A DNA stretch of 64,000 bases from Candidatus Azotimanducaceae bacterium (GTDB lineage Bacteria > Pseudomonadota > Gammaproteobacteria > Pseudomonadales > Azotimanducaceae). Of this stretch, positions 19,797 to 30,100 are shown piece by piece. The stretch spans positions 1,828,936 to 1,892,935 of the forward strand of contig OZ244560.1 in NCBI GenBank assembly GCA_965217655.1. The letters run 5' to 3'. Below the pieces are notes generated by a model. It was not told where the DNA came from and did not search any database. It saw nothing but the letters and a program-made list of their open reading frames with translations. How positions within the stretch are numbered: the stretch's first letter is position 1; each line of letters opens with the position of its first letter. Position numbers and translations under genes: made by a program.

Positions 19797-20900
19797 TTGC
19801 GCTTTACCCTGGACAAGACAAGGGGACAGGAAGTGTCAGGTTACCTGAAAAGGATTCTGAAAAAAGATTCAGGCAGCATGTTGGGTCTGGATATCAGTTC
19901 TACATCGGTCAAGCTGCTTGAACTCAGTCGATCAGGTAGTGCATTTCGGGTAGAAAATCATGGGTTGGAACCATTGCCGGAAAATGCTGTTGTGGAAAAA
20001 AGTATCAACGATGTGACTGTTGTCGGGGAAGCGATCTCACGGTTGGTCAGTCACTGCAATACCAGGGTTAAATCAGCTGCTGTCGCTGTTGCCGGTTCAG
20101 CCGTCATTACCAAAACCATCGAGATGCCTGCAGAGTTGGATGATGATGAACTGGAAAGTCGATTCCGCACTCTGTCAGGCCAGCATATCCCTTTCCCGTT
20201 GGAAGATGTTCTATTCGACCTGGAAGTCCAGGGACCAGCGCCACACAGTGAGGGGCAGGTTGAGGTTTTGCTTGCGGCATGCCGAAGGGAAAACGTTGAA
20301 ATGCGCTCCGAAGCACTGACTATCGGTGGTTTGAATGCCAGGATTGTGGATATCGAGTCAAACTGTATGCAGCGTGCGTTTGGTCTCATCGAAGAGCAGT
20401 TTAAGGAAGATCAGGTCATCGCAATCATCGATATCGGGGCAACCACGACCACACTCAGCGTATTGCCATGTTCAGGAATACCGTATTCCCGGGAGCAGCT
20501 ATTTGGCGGAAAACAACTATCTGAAGAGATTCAACGCCGGTATGGACTATCCCTTGAAGAGGCAGCCCTGGCGAAGCGGGAGAATGATTTGCCGGATGAT
20601 TATGAAACAGAAGTGTTACAGCCGTTCAAGGAAGCAGTTATAGGGCAGGTCATTCGATCTTTACAGTTTTTCCAATCGGGGAATACCGGCAACGAGGTTG
20701 GACATATTGTTCTGGCGGGTGGCACTGCCTCCATTTCAGGTCTGGCAGAGAGGGTGACGGCAAGCCTGGGGCTTCCGTGTTCAATAGCCAATCCATTCAG
20801 AAATATGACAATGTCTCCCGATGTCAGTGTAATCAATCTGGCGAAGGATGCACCAGCGATGATGATTGCCTGCGGGCTTGCATTAAGGCGCTTCGATTAG
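19797..20900 (+). CDS. pilM: Type IV pilus assembly ATPase-like protein PilM
   Basis: LGLDISSTSVKLLEL and an actin-like fold pattern. The true start is probably downstream (near MLGLD at about 19878). Confidence 0.85.
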   Translation: MRFTLDKTRGQEVSGYLKRILKKDSGSMLGLDISSTSVKLLELSRSGSAFRVENHGLEPLPENAVVEKSINDVTVVGEAISRLVSHCNTRVKSAAVAVAGSAVITKTIEMPAELDDDELESRFRTLSGQHIPFPLEDVLFDLEVQGPAPHSEGQVEVLLAACRRENVEMRSEALTIGGLNARIVDIESNCMQRAFGLIEEQFKEDQVIAIIDIGATTTTLSVLPCSGIPYSREQLFGGKQLSEEIQRRYGLSLEEAALAKRENDLPDDYETEVLQPFKEAVIGQVIRSLQFFQSGNTGNEVGHIVLAGGTASISGLAERVTASLGLPCSIANPFRNMTMSPDVSVINLAKDAPAMMIACGLALRRFD

Positions 20901-21502
20901 TGGTGCAGGTATCAGTGCAATCCGGAGTACGGTGGAGAACGGTCAACTACAGGATCAATCTTCTTCCCTGGCGTGAAGAACGCCGGATGGAGAAAAAGAA
21001 GACATTCCTGCAAGTGCTTGCCGGGGTTTTTGTTGTTGCTGTTGTGATCATCATCGGTTGTGACCGTTACTTCAATGTCGCGATAGATTCACAGAAGGCT
21101 CGTAACAGCTTTTTATCCCGTGAGATCAAGGAGTTGGAATCCCAAATCAGTGAAATCAGTCAACTTCGGGAAAACCATGAGAAATTGTTGGCCCGCATGA
21201 CCGTTATTCAGAACCTTCAGGGTAACCGGCCGATTATCGTCAGATTGTTCGATGAAATGGCAAAGCAACTGGCCCCCGGGGTTTTTTTCACCTCCCTCGA
21301 ATTACAGGGAAAAGTCCTCACGATAGAAGGAATCGCAGAATCCAATACACAGATTTCCACGCAGCTGAGGAACTTTACGGACTCGAACTGGTTTGACAAA
21401 CCAAACGTAACCAAAATACTCTCAGACCAGCGTTATGGCCGGCAGGCCAGCCGGTTTGTTCTGAGTGTAGAACAAAGCGTACCGCGGAAATCGGATAGTT
21501 GA
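20900..21502 (+). CDS. pilN: Type IV pilus assembly protein PilN
   Basis: INLLPWREERR followed by a TM segment. No ATG is available, so I chose the GTG at 20900 overlapping the pilM stop. The track ORF 20777.. starts inside pilM. Confidence 0.75.
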   Translation: MVQVSVQSGVRWRTVNYRINLLPWREERRMEKKKTFLQVLAGVFVVAVVIIIGCDRYFNVAIDSQKARNSFLSREIKELESQISEISQLRENHEKLLARMTVIQNLQGNRPIIVRLFDEMAKQLAPGVFFTSLELQGKVLTIEGIAESNTQISTQLRNFTDSNWFDKPNVTKILSDQRYGRQASRFVLSVEQSVPRKSDS

Positions 21503-22134
21503 TCATGGCTGCAGCAGACCTGATGAAGAGCCTGCGTAACTTTGACATGGGTCAGTTGAATGACTTTAACAGTGTAGGGTCCTGGCCATCAGCAGTAAAA
21601 ATCATTATCTGGATACTGGTATTCTTTGGCTGTCTGATGCCGGGTTACTTCCTGCATATCACCGACCTCAAGAGCGAACTCAACGGGGTTCGGAGCGTGG
21701 AGGGTCAACTACGTTCTGAATTTGAGGAGAAATTCTTCACAGCAGCTCATCTTGAATTCTTTCGGCTGCAACAGCGTGAAATGGAGGAATCCTTCCAGAC
21801 AATATTGGAACAGTTACCTGGTGATACTGAAATTCCCGGATTACTGGAAGATATCAACCAGGTTGGGACAAGAAACGGGCTGACTTTCCAGAATATTGAT
21901 TTGCAACCCGAGGTCAGACACGAATTCTACATAGAGAAGCCGATTACCATCATCGTATCCGGTAGATATCATGATCTTGGCTCCTTCGTCAGCGATGTGG
22001 CTGATCTTTCACGGATTGTAACGCTGCACAATTTCTCCATCAGGCCGAAATCCGGCGACCAGGGTGATCCAGGCACAATGTTGACAATGTTGATTGTCGC
22101 CAGGACCTACAGATATAACAATGAGCAGGGATAG
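21499..22134 (+). CDS. pilO: Type IV pilus assembly protein PilO
   Basis: 211 aa, N-terminal TM segment, coiled coil, and its position in the pilMNOPQ operon. Confidence 0.8.
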   Translation: MIMAAADLMKSLRNFDMGQLNDFNSVGSWPSAVKIIIWILVFFGCLMPGYFLHITDLKSELNGVRSVEGQLRSEFEEKFFTAAHLEFFRLQQREMEESFQTILEQLPGDTEIPGLLEDINQVGTRNGLTFQNIDLQPEVRHEFYIEKPITIIVSGRYHDLGSFVSDVADLSRIVTLHNFSIRPKSGDQGDPGTMLTMLIVARTYRYNNEQG

Positions 22135-22137
22135 CAG

Positions 22138-22737
22138 GTGAACTCCCGGGGTTTCTGCAATTTTCGGCTGCGTGCATCTGTGAGTCTGTTTATACATCTG
22201 ATAGTCATCGCATTACTGTTTCTGCCGGGCGGTTGCAGTCGCAGTGATCAAAATGCCGGTATCCGTGCTTTTATGGAAGAGGTCGGGCGAAAACCGAAAA
22301 GTTCGATGGCGACAATGCCAGAGTATGATTCCTATCAGGCGTTTACATACAGCGCGGCTGACAGAAGGTCTCCTTTTGAACCGCCAGTCGTGGTTTCAAA
22401 AAGCGATGTCAAACAGAAAAAACCAACAGGAGTAAAACCTCCCGGGAATCATGTCAGGCAGGAACTGGAGCAATTCAACCTGGCTTCACTCTCCATGGTA
22501 GGCACAATACAACAGAACAATGCGACATGGGCACTGATCAGGGATGTGTCCGGAAACATCCATCGCGTCGAAGTGGGCGATTATCTGGGAACACAGTGGG
22601 GCCGTGTCGAAAGTATCAATGATACACAGATCGATATTATGGAAATTGTCAGTGACGGCGCACTGGGTTACCTGAGAAGACCACGTACGATCGAACTGAA
22701 TGGAATCCAGTCTTCAGAGGTCAGTCATGGAAATTAG
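22138..22737 (+). CDS. pilP: Type IV pilus assembly lipoprotein PilP
   Basis: Signal peptide with LPGGC lipobox-like Cys. PilP-like C-terminus (WALIRDVSGNIHRVEVGDYLG). Confidence 0.8.
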   Translation: MNSRGFCNFRLRASVSLFIHLIVIALLFLPGGCSRSDQNAGIRAFMEEVGRKPKSSMATMPEYDSYQAFTYSAADRRSPFEPPVVVSKSDVKQKKPTGVKPPGNHVRQELEQFNLASLSMVGTIQQNNATWALIRDVSGNIHRVEVGDYLGTQWGRVESINDTQIDIMEIVSDGALGYLRRPRTIELNGIQSSEVSHGN

Positions 22738-24145
22738 GGGAATAAAGAAGTCGCATTCCATGATTCAGACTGTAATTCGGCGTGGTCTGGTTTTGCTCTG
22801 TTTAGCCTGGATGGCGCCGTTGACGGCTCCTGCGCAGGAGATGACGCCGGATGAAAATTTTCCGTACCGGGGTGAAACACTCTCATTAAACTTCCAGGAC
22901 ATCGAAATAAGATCGGTATTACAGTTGATTGCGGATTTTACAGGTCTGAATCTTGTCGCGAGTGATACGGTGGAAGGCAGAATCACTCTGAATTTGAACG
23001 ATGTTCCCTGGGACCAGGCGCTGTCGATCATCATGAAGACGAAAGGACTGGACAAGCGTCAGGTTGGAAATGTTCTGATGGTAGCCCCGGCAGATGAACT
23101 GGCAGCCAGAGAAAAACTGGAGATGGAAAATCAGTCACAGTTATCTGAACTGGCTCCTCTGCATACTGAATACATTAAAGTGAGATACGCTAACGCACAG
23201 AATATCTTCAACCTGTTCCAGTCGACCGGTGAGAGAATGGGAGTGCTTTCTGGCCGTGGCAGTGTAATGGTTGATGAGCGCACCAACTCAATCATAATGA
23301 CGGAAACCTCAGAAAAAATTAAAGAATTCCGCGACGTGCTGGAGAAACTTGATATCCCTGTAAGGCAGGTACTCATCGAAGCCAGAATCGTTACTGCCAG
23401 TACAAACTTCAGTGAGGCCATGGGTGTCAGATGGGGGACAATGGGATTCGATGTACACGACAATGGTACCAGGCGAGTTCAGGCAGGCGGTTCACTGGAA
23501 ACCGTTGGGGCGATCAGAGGTGCCGTGGATGCTGATCAATCGCTGGCCTTCCCGGACCAGGATCATCTGGTGGTTGATCTGGGTATTGGCGCCCGGGATG
23601 CGACCGGTTTTGCCCTGGGTATCGTAGACAGGGACTATCTACTGGAACTGGAACTGTCTGCGATGGAGACACAAGGGTCTGCGGAAGTCATCGCTCACCC
23701 CAAAGTCATCACGGCGGATAAACAGCAGGCTTCGATTTCTTCAGGTGTACAGATTCCCTATCAGGAGGCTTCATCCAGTGGTGCAACTGCTGTATCTTTT
23801 GCAAAGGCGGTACTTGGGCTCAATGTCCGACCGCAGATTACACCTGATGACAAAATCATCATGGATCTAACGGTCAGCCAGGATACGGTCGGTGCGGTGT
23901 TCAATGGTGTACCCAGTATCAATACCAACAGCATACAGACTCAGGTTTTGGTTGATAACGGTGAAACTATCGTACTGGGCGGGGTCTATACAACACAGAC
24001 GACCTCGTCTGTCACCAAAACGCCGATTCTTGGAGATCTGCCTTATCTGGGACGATTCTTCCGAAGGGAAACTAAATCAGATGACAAACAGGAACTTCTC
24101 ATCTTTATTACGCCGAGATTAATTCGGGACGGCAGTTCGAGCTGA
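22700..24145 (+). CDS. pilQ: Type IV pilus secretin PilQ (short form, no AMIN domains)
   Basis: N0 domain (LSLNFQDIEIRSVLQLIADFTGLNLV) and a secretin C-domain (VLVDNGETIVLGG...TPILGDLPYLGRFFR...LLIFITPRLI). The start may be the ATG at 22727. Confidence 0.88.
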   Translation: MESSLQRSVMEIRGIKKSHSMIQTVIRRGLVLLCLAWMAPLTAPAQEMTPDENFPYRGETLSLNFQDIEIRSVLQLIADFTGLNLVASDTVEGRITLNLNDVPWDQALSIIMKTKGLDKRQVGNVLMVAPADELAAREKLEMENQSQLSELAPLHTEYIKVRYANAQNIFNLFQSTGERMGVLSGRGSVMVDERTNSIIMTETSEKIKEFRDVLEKLDIPVRQVLIEARIVTASTNFSEAMGVRWGTMGFDVHDNGTRRVQAGGSLETVGAIRGAVDADQSLAFPDQDHLVVDLGIGARDATGFALGIVDRDYLLELELSAMETQGSAEVIAHPKVITADKQQASISSGVQIPYQEASSSGATAVSFAKAVLGLNVRPQITPDDKIIMDLTVSQDTVGAVFNGVPSINTNSIQTQVLVDNGETIVLGGVYTTQTTSSVTKTPILGDLPYLGRFFRRETKSDDKQELLIFITPRLIRDGSSS

Positions 24146-24155
24146 CAGTAGTAAC

Positions 24156-24749
24156 ATGTCCGCGGAATCGTATAGTCAGGAACTTCACAGGGCGCCTTCC
24201 ATGCACATCGACAACAATGTCTATAAAAACGTTTTTCTCGTAGGACCCATGGGCGTGGGAAAGACGATGATAGGCAAGTTACTGGCACAGGAATTGAGCC
24301 TCACCTTTGTAGATTCAGATCTGGAAATTGAGTCTCGGGCAGGCGCTGATATTTCCTGGATTTTTGACAAAGAGGGTGAGGCCGGTTTTCGGGTGCGGGA
24401 GAGTAAAATGATCGAAGAGTTGACCCGGAAGGAAGGCATTCTGCTGGCTACGGGAGGAGGTGTCATACTCTGTGAAGTGAACCGTCAACATCTCAGGGAA
24501 CGGGGAGTTGTTGTTTTTCTGGACATGTCACTGGAAGTCCAGATAGAGAGGATCAGGAATGACCGCAAACGCCCACTGTTACAGGGTGTTGATACTGGTA
24601 CTGTGCTGGAAGAAATGAAGACACTGCGCGACCCTCTGTATAGATCTGTCTCCAATATCAGGATGTTTGTTGATGGCCTGGGCAGCAGGAAGGTAGTATC
24701 GGATATTATTGACGCAATGTCCGAACGGGGTTATCTGAGATCATATTGA
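24156..24749 (+). CDS. aroK: Shikimate kinase
   Basis: Walker A VFLVGPMGVGKT, DSD and GGG motifs. Confidence 0.9.
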   Translation: MSAESYSQELHRAPSMHIDNNVYKNVFLVGPMGVGKTMIGKLLAQELSLTFVDSDLEIESRAGADISWIFDKEGEAGFRVRESKMIEELTRKEGILLATGGGVILCEVNRQHLRERGVVVFLDMSLEVQIERIRNDRKRPLLQGVDTGTVLEEMKTLRDPLYRSVSNIRMFVDGLGSRKVVSDIIDAMSERGYLRSY

Positions 24750-24783
24750 CCAGTATCCCGTCATAGCCGCTATGGGACAAGTG

Positions 24784-24903
24784 CCTTCAGCGGGTTACCA
24801 TAAAGAGCCCTCAGCGGGTTACCATAAAGAGCCCTCAGCGGGTTACCATAAAGAGCCCTCAGCGGGTTACCACAGAGAGCCCTCAGCGGGTTACCATAAA
24901 GAG
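24784..24903. repeat. Tandem repeat, 5 x 24 bp (CCCTCAGCGGGTTACCATAAAGAG)
   Basis: Five head-to-tail copies, nearly identical (copies 1 and 4 differ at a few positions), fill the aroK-aroB intergenic region. A single related copy lies at 49309-49334. Confidence 0.9.
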
Positions 24904-24914
24904 CCGGTTAATCT

Positions 24915-26003
24915 ATGGAAAAGTTAAAACTTGATCTCGGAGAGAAATCCAGTTTCATCTATATTGGATCCGGATTGCTTGATCGGAAGGAACTGGTACA
25001 ACAATACGTTACCGGCAACAGTGTGTTCATTGTTACCAATGACATAATCGCTCCCCTGTATCTGGATCGTATGAAATCGGTATTTGCCGGCAGGCAGGTC
25101 GATTATCACATTCTGCCTGATGGAGAAGCACTCAAGACCCTGGAAAGTTGTGGGAAAATCGTTGAAAACCTTCTCCTTGGCCGACACAACAGATCCACAA
25201 CACTGGTTGCCCTGGGTGGTGGTGTCGTTGGTGACATCACTGGCTTCGTAGCGGCGACCTATCAGCGAGGAGTTGATTTTATCCAGGTTCCAACAACACT
25301 GCTGGCTCAGGTGGATTCTTCTGTGGGAGGTAAAACCGCTGTCAACCATCCGCTTGGTAAAAACATGATAGGCGTCTTCCACCAACCAAAAGCGGTTTTC
25401 ATCGATACGGATTTGCTGAAAACTTTACCCCCAAGAGAGCTCTCTGCCGGTCTGGCGGAAGTGATAAAGCATGGCGCACTGGCCGATCAGGATTATTTCG
25501 CATGGATTGAAAAGGAGATGTCCTCATTACTTGCATTGAAACCCGAGGTGATGGCAAAGGGCATCCGGCGCAGTTGCGAGATTAAGGCAGCCATTGTCGC
25601 AAGTGACGAAAAGGAAAAAGGCCCCAGGGCTCTGCTTAACCTTGGGCACACATTTGGACACGCCATAGAACAATCTCTGGGCTATGGTAACTGGTTGCAT
25701 GGGGAGGCTGTTGGTGCGGGTCTGGTGATGGCAGCGGATCTTTCCCATCGCCTTGGACGAATCAGCATTGATGCCGCCCGGCGTATCAAGAGGCTTGTCA
25801 GAGCAGCACATCTGCCGGTTGCCCCGCCACCCGAACTGGGTGTTGACGCTTTTCTGACCAGTATGGCAGTAGACAAGAAGGCGACGGATCAGGGTATTCG
25901 CTTCATACTGTTGAATGCTATAGGTGAAGCGGAAATTGTCGCTGGCGTCGACCGGGAGGTTTTGAAAGAAACACTGCTGGCGGGTGACCTTCTTGCAGAG
26001 TGA
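24915..26003 (+). CDS. aroB: 3-dehydroquinate synthase
   Basis: GGGVVGDITGF, VPTTLLAQVDSSVGGKT and GHTFGHA. Confidence 0.93.
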   Translation: MEKLKLDLGEKSSFIYIGSGLLDRKELVQQYVTGNSVFIVTNDIIAPLYLDRMKSVFAGRQVDYHILPDGEALKTLESCGKIVENLLLGRHNRSTTLVALGGGVVGDITGFVAATYQRGVDFIQVPTTLLAQVDSSVGGKTAVNHPLGKNMIGVFHQPKAVFIDTDLLKTLPPRELSAGLAEVIKHGALADQDYFAWIEKEMSSLLALKPEVMAKGIRRSCEIKAAIVASDEKEKGPRALLNLGHTFGHAIEQSLGYGNWLHGEAVGAGLVMAADLSHRLGRISIDAARRIKRLVRAAHLPVAPPPELGVDAFLTSMAVDKKATDQGIRFILLNAIGEAEIVAGVDREVLKETLLAGDLLAE

Positions 26004-26026
26004 CCTTGCTGGATTCCTGATGCAGT

Positions 26027-27181
26027 CTAACGATCTACCACACTTCTTGCGATCAACTCCTTCATGATCTCGGAGGTGCCTCCGTAGATTCGTTGTATTC
26101 TCGCATCCAGGTAGAAACGGGATATCTTGTATTCGCGCATATACCCGTAGCCGCCGAATAACTGCAGGCACTGGTCAGCAATTCGTCCCTGCATCTCGCT
26201 CGCTGCCAGCTTGCACAAAGATGCTTCGGAAGCGGTAAGTTCCCCGTTCTCAAACCGCTCAATATACTTCTCGGCAAGAGCGCGATTCAACTCGATCTCG
26301 GTCTTCATGTCCGCCAGCTTGTAACGGGTATTCTGAAAATTCGACAACACACCGCCAAAGGCTTTGCGTTCTGTCACATACGCCACCGTAGTGTCAAAAA
26401 TGCCGTCCGCTGCCGCAACACAGCCGACGCCGAGAATGAGCCTTTCACGCGGCAATTCGTTCATCAGATTGGCAAATCCCTGACCCTCACCACCGAGTAT
26501 ATCCGCGGCAGAGACCCGCATGTCCTCAAAGAAAAGCTCGGATGTATCACCTGAGTGCAGGCCCATTTTCTCAAGGTTGCGACCCCGTGTGAAGCCGGGA
26601 AGATGACAATCGACCGTGAACAGGGTCATACCGCGTGCACCTTCACCGGGGTCTGTCTTTGTCGCAAGGACTATGACATCACAATGCTGTCCGTTAGTGA
26701 TAAAGGTCTTCTGGCCATTGATGACGTATTCATCACCAGCGCGCAATGCCTTCGTACGAATACCCTGCAAATCCGACCCTGCGGCAGGTTCCGTCATTCC
26801 AATGGCGCCCACGCACTCACCCGAAGCCATCTTCGGCAGGAAACGTTGCCGTTGTTCTTCTGTTCCAAGATTCAGGATATACGGTGCAACAATGTCAGAG
26901 TGCACGGAAACTCCAGAGGCCAGTGCGCCATATCCTGCACGCGAAAGTTCCTGCGCCACGATACAACTGAACTCAAAGGTCGCCCCTATCCCCCCGTATT
27001 CTTCCGGCACGTCAACACAAAGAAAACCGTTCTCACCAAGCTTCTGCCAGACTTCCCGCGGCCAGATTTCCGCACGCTCCCAGGCGTCGTAGTCCGGTTC
27101 TATCTCCGCTTCCAGAAATCGTCTGACGCTGTCCCGAAACAACTCTTTGTCCGCTGCGTCCAGTAATAATACTTCGCTCAT
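26027..27181 (-). CDS. Acyl-CoA dehydrogenase
   Basis: 384 aa from the ATG at 27181 (MSEVLLLDAADKELFRDSVRRF). GMTEPAAGSD is present and the C-terminal region has IYGGTSEIMKELIAR. The track ORF extension to 27526 looks spurious. Confidence 0.88.
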   Translation of the reverse strand: MSEVLLLDAADKELFRDSVRRFLEAEIEPDYDAWERAEIWPREVWQKLGENGFLCVDVPEEYGGIGATFEFSCIVAQELSRAGYGALASGVSVHSDIVAPYILNLGTEEQRQRFLPKMASGECVGAIGMTEPAAGSDLQGIRTKALRAGDEYVINGQKTFITNGQHCDVIVLATKTDPGEGARGMTLFTVDCHLPGFTRGRNLEKMGLHSGDTSELFFEDMRVSAADILGGEGQGFANLMNELPRERLILGVGCVAAADGIFDTTVAYVTERKAFGGVLSNFQNTRYKLADMKTEIELNRALAEKYIERFENGELTASEASLCKLAASEMQGRIADQCLQLFGGYGYMREYKISRFYLDARIQRIYGGTSEIMKELIARSVVDR

Positions 27182-27378
27182 GTCATTACCCTCAGAAGTC
27201 TGCGAATTGTAGAAGAATAAATCCTGCCGGTCGAGACAACTCTGGCCGAAACGGGGTATGCCATCGACTGGTTGGTGAAAATTGGCTTGTAACTGTACGC
27301 AAAATCTTTTGAGGCGATGCATTGACTGACACGATTCACCTGTTATGTTTATCAGGTCCAAAAAAACGGAAATCCCGG

Positions 27379-28446
27379 ATGACAGAATCCGATCCCGAGA
27401 AACTGAGGCAGTTTTCAGGCATTGTGTGGAACTACAAGATGGGCGAAATGGTATCGTTGATGATCCATCTTGGTGACCGTCTGGGTTTATACAAATCCAT
27501 GCAGGACCTGGGGCCCGTAACAGCAAAGGCTTTGGCGGCAGAGACAGGACTAAAGGAACGCTGGCTGCTGGAATGGCTCAGGGGGCAGGCTGCTGCCCGA
27601 TTACTGGATTACCATCATCCGGATCAGTTTGAATTGAACACCATAGGAGCGCAGGTACTGGCCGAAGAAGATACCGGTACAGCGTTTTCTGCAGGGGCTT
27701 TTGCAGCACCCTCGGCACCAGAGATTGTTGACAAAATAGCAGACGCTTTCCGCACAGGCATCGGTCTTTCCTATGAAGAACTTGGTCCCAATGCCGCTCA
27801 CCGGACTGAGCGAATGCTCGGCCCGTGGGTGAGAGAAAAACTGGTGCCGGAGATCATTCCGGCACTGGATGGCGTGCAAGAAAAGCTTCGATCCGGCGCC
27901 ATGGTGGCAGATGTGGGCTGTGGTGGTGGCATTGCGCTGACGACAATGGCAGATGCCTATCCCAATTCCGTTTTTCATGGCTACGATCCAAATTCACATG
28001 CCATACAAAACTGCGACAGCCGCGCCGCTGATCTTGGCCTGACCAATGTCAAGACCTTCATCAAACGTGGAGAGGAACTGCCGGAAACGCCGATCTACGA
28101 TTTCATTCTTTCATTTGATTGTATTCACGATATGACACATCCCGATCAGGTCATTCGATCCATCCGGCGGAGCCTGAAGGATGACGGTACGTGGCTCATC
28201 AAGGACATTCGCAGTCATGCTGATTTTCAGGAAAATCTGACAAACCCGATGCTGGCGTTGCTCTACGGCTTCTCGGTTACGGCATGCATGTCTTCTGCAC
28301 TCTCCGAACCTGACGGTGCGGGTCTCGGCACACTGGGATTTAATCCAGAAGTCGCACAGCGCATGACGGCAGAAGGTGGCTTCACCATATTCAGACAACA
28401 TGACTTTAACGAGCCCGCCAATCTGTATTACGAACTCAAGCCCTGA
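27379..28446 (+). CDS. Class I SAM-dependent methyltransferase with an N-terminal winged-helix-like domain
   Basis: Motif I VADVGCGGGIAL. The N-terminal LGLYKSMQDLGPVTAKALAAETGL resembles the dimerisation/wHTH domain of O-methyltransferases. The ATG at 27379 is preferred. Confidence 0.7.
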   Translation: MTESDPEKLRQFSGIVWNYKMGEMVSLMIHLGDRLGLYKSMQDLGPVTAKALAAETGLKERWLLEWLRGQAAARLLDYHHPDQFELNTIGAQVLAEEDTGTAFSAGAFAAPSAPEIVDKIADAFRTGIGLSYEELGPNAAHRTERMLGPWVREKLVPEIIPALDGVQEKLRSGAMVADVGCGGGIALTTMADAYPNSVFHGYDPNSHAIQNCDSRAADLGLTNVKTFIKRGEELPETPIYDFILSFDCIHDMTHPDQVIRSIRRSLKDDGTWLIKDIRSHADFQENLTNPMLALLYGFSVTACMSSALSEPDGAGLGTLGFNPEVAQRMTAEGGFTIFRQHDFNEPANLYYELKP

Positions 28447-28526
28447 CCACAATCAAACCCTTCAGTTACCCCAAACCAAAGTTCGACACACAGCAGATGG
28501 CTTTGGGGAATTCAAATATACGCGCA

Positions 28527-29318
28527 TTAGCCCGCAGTTAACCACAACCTTACGATGTCGAGAAGCAGTACCGATAAAATATTTACGAAAATCGGGACCA
28601 GAAACAAGATTGCTACCCAATAAAACGTCTTTTGACCCAGTATATTTCGACCGGAGAGGCGGCCCGTGAACTCTACCGGCGGAAGGTGCTTCTCGATAGC
28701 ATTATATAACCAGAAAGGACCGCCAAACAAACTAAAAATAACCATCACAAATACTATGCCAGTCATTACCAGATACCCGGTCGACATCCGGAACTCAGGT
28801 TGAAGTAGCGCCCACCCATGTAACGCTATATTGAAGACTGAATACACGACCGCTGCACTAAACATACCTACCAAGTACCAAACCCAGATCTTTTCTTTTG
28901 CTAACAGCAGCCACTGGCCGAAAACCTGTCGCGCTGCCAAGTATCTCACAAGATCCCGAAAAAACTGCTCGACTCCGTGGCCTGTGCCCTCAACGGATAA
29001 CAACAAAGAGCCACGCACCTTTTGTGAAAACGGATCGTGTTTATTCGTCAGATCACACGTGAACGGAGCTTTATGGTGGCTATAGGAGATGGCCACGTTC
29101 TTGATGTTCGTAGGCATATCGTCGCTTAAAAAAAAGGTTGGATCGTTGGACTCGAAAGAGTCCTGACCGTCGGCCGTTTCGACCACGATAGTGATTTCGC
29201 CTGGTTCCGTTTCCATTGTGTCTGAGATTCTTCTGGCTAGATATGCCAGGTCCTGCTCACCAAGACAAACGCGAATGAACTCTCTTTGAAATCTTTTCTT
29301 ACGCACAAATTCAGTCAT
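28527..29318 (-). CDS. Hypothetical membrane protein (soluble N-domain plus about 4 TM helices)
   Basis: 263-aa ORF with a hydrophobic C-terminal half. No motif recognised. Confidence 0.5.
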   Translation of the reverse strand: MTEFVRKKRFQREFIRVCLGEQDLAYLARRISDTMETEPGEITIVVETADGQDSFESNDPTFFLSDDMPTNIKNVAISYSHHKAPFTCDLTNKHDPFSQKVRGSLLLSVEGTGHGVEQFFRDLVRYLAARQVFGQWLLLAKEKIWVWYLVGMFSAAVVYSVFNIALHGWALLQPEFRMSTGYLVMTGIVFVMVIFSLFGGPFWLYNAIEKHLPPVEFTGRLSGRNILGQKTFYWVAILFLVPIFVNILSVLLLDIVRLWLTAG

Positions 29319-29541
29319 CTCTTGCTCCTTGCTAGTGCGTTACCCTGAAGTTTCCCACTTGTTATCCTATCTATCCGCGGCCCGAAAACTCATTGGTCTT
29401 TCCCCGCTTCCGTGGATAGTTTATGGCCACAGTATTATTATGTTAACCGGACATTCTCCAAGGGTTGTGATAATTCCGTGACCTGCTCTATGCTACTGGG
29501 CAGGGTGCTCGCTCGGAATGTACCTCACCTCGACGGTTGCA

Positions 29542-29957
29542 TCATCCGCAGGTTGCCACTGTATTCCGTGGCCCATCTTCTTCAATATCCAGTACGACAG
29601 AAAACGTAGTACTCCTCTGATATCCTTGTCTTGTATCAGCTCTCCCTCGCCCTGTGATTTCGACTCGCATATATACCGCGCGTGAACGAATACATTCTCG
29701 TTCCGGGAACAGATCGACTCGATTGTCTGCGGACCGACCCGGCGCCGCAAACTGTCCCGCTTCCAAACGTTTCGACCAGATCCAATAGCCGTCACCATCG
29801 AACGCCAGTACTTTGAGTAGTCTGCGGCGTCGATTCACGAACACAAACCAGTGCCCACCCGTCGGGCCTGCGCCCATGTGGTTGTGCACCATGGCCGACA
29901 GACCATCGAACGAACGCCGCATATCGGTTGCCTGGGTGCATAACCAGATAGGGCCAT
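29542..29957 (-). pseudogene. IS66-family orf2 (TnpB) remnant
   Basis: [22 protein letters not shown]...GHWFVFVNRRRRLLKVLAFDGDGYWIWSKRLEAGQF matches the IS66 Orf2 signature. The N-terminus is truncated by a stop and the C-terminus is degenerate. Confidence 0.7.
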
Positions 29958-29984
29958 CAGTCTACACTGGTATCGAGTCAATTA

Positions 29985-30100
29985 CCGACCAGCGAATGGC
30001 ACGCATCCATCGGCGACACGACCCTGGCTGATGCCATATTAGATCGGTTGATGCACAACGCACACTGAATAGAACTCAAGGGTACGTCAATGTGCAAGTA
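29985..30100 (+). pseudogene. IS21-type IstB-like ATPase C-terminal fragment
   Basis: Manual frame reads [34 protein letters not shown], a typical IstB-like tail with an internal TGA. Confidence 0.6.

Noticed and set aside
26027-27526. 499-aa version of the acyl-CoA dehydrogenase ORF
   Set aside because: The first ~115 aa are not ACAD-like and overlap the divergent methyltransferase gene. An ATG at 27181 gives a canonical 384-aa ACAD.
28446-29540. A tRNA gene or att-type direct repeats marking the island borders (also checked 46884-47154)
   Set aside because: No cloverleaf-like sequence or T-loop consensus (GGTTCGAAT-like) was seen by eye, and no repeat is shared between the two borders. 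A tRNAscan run is still needed.
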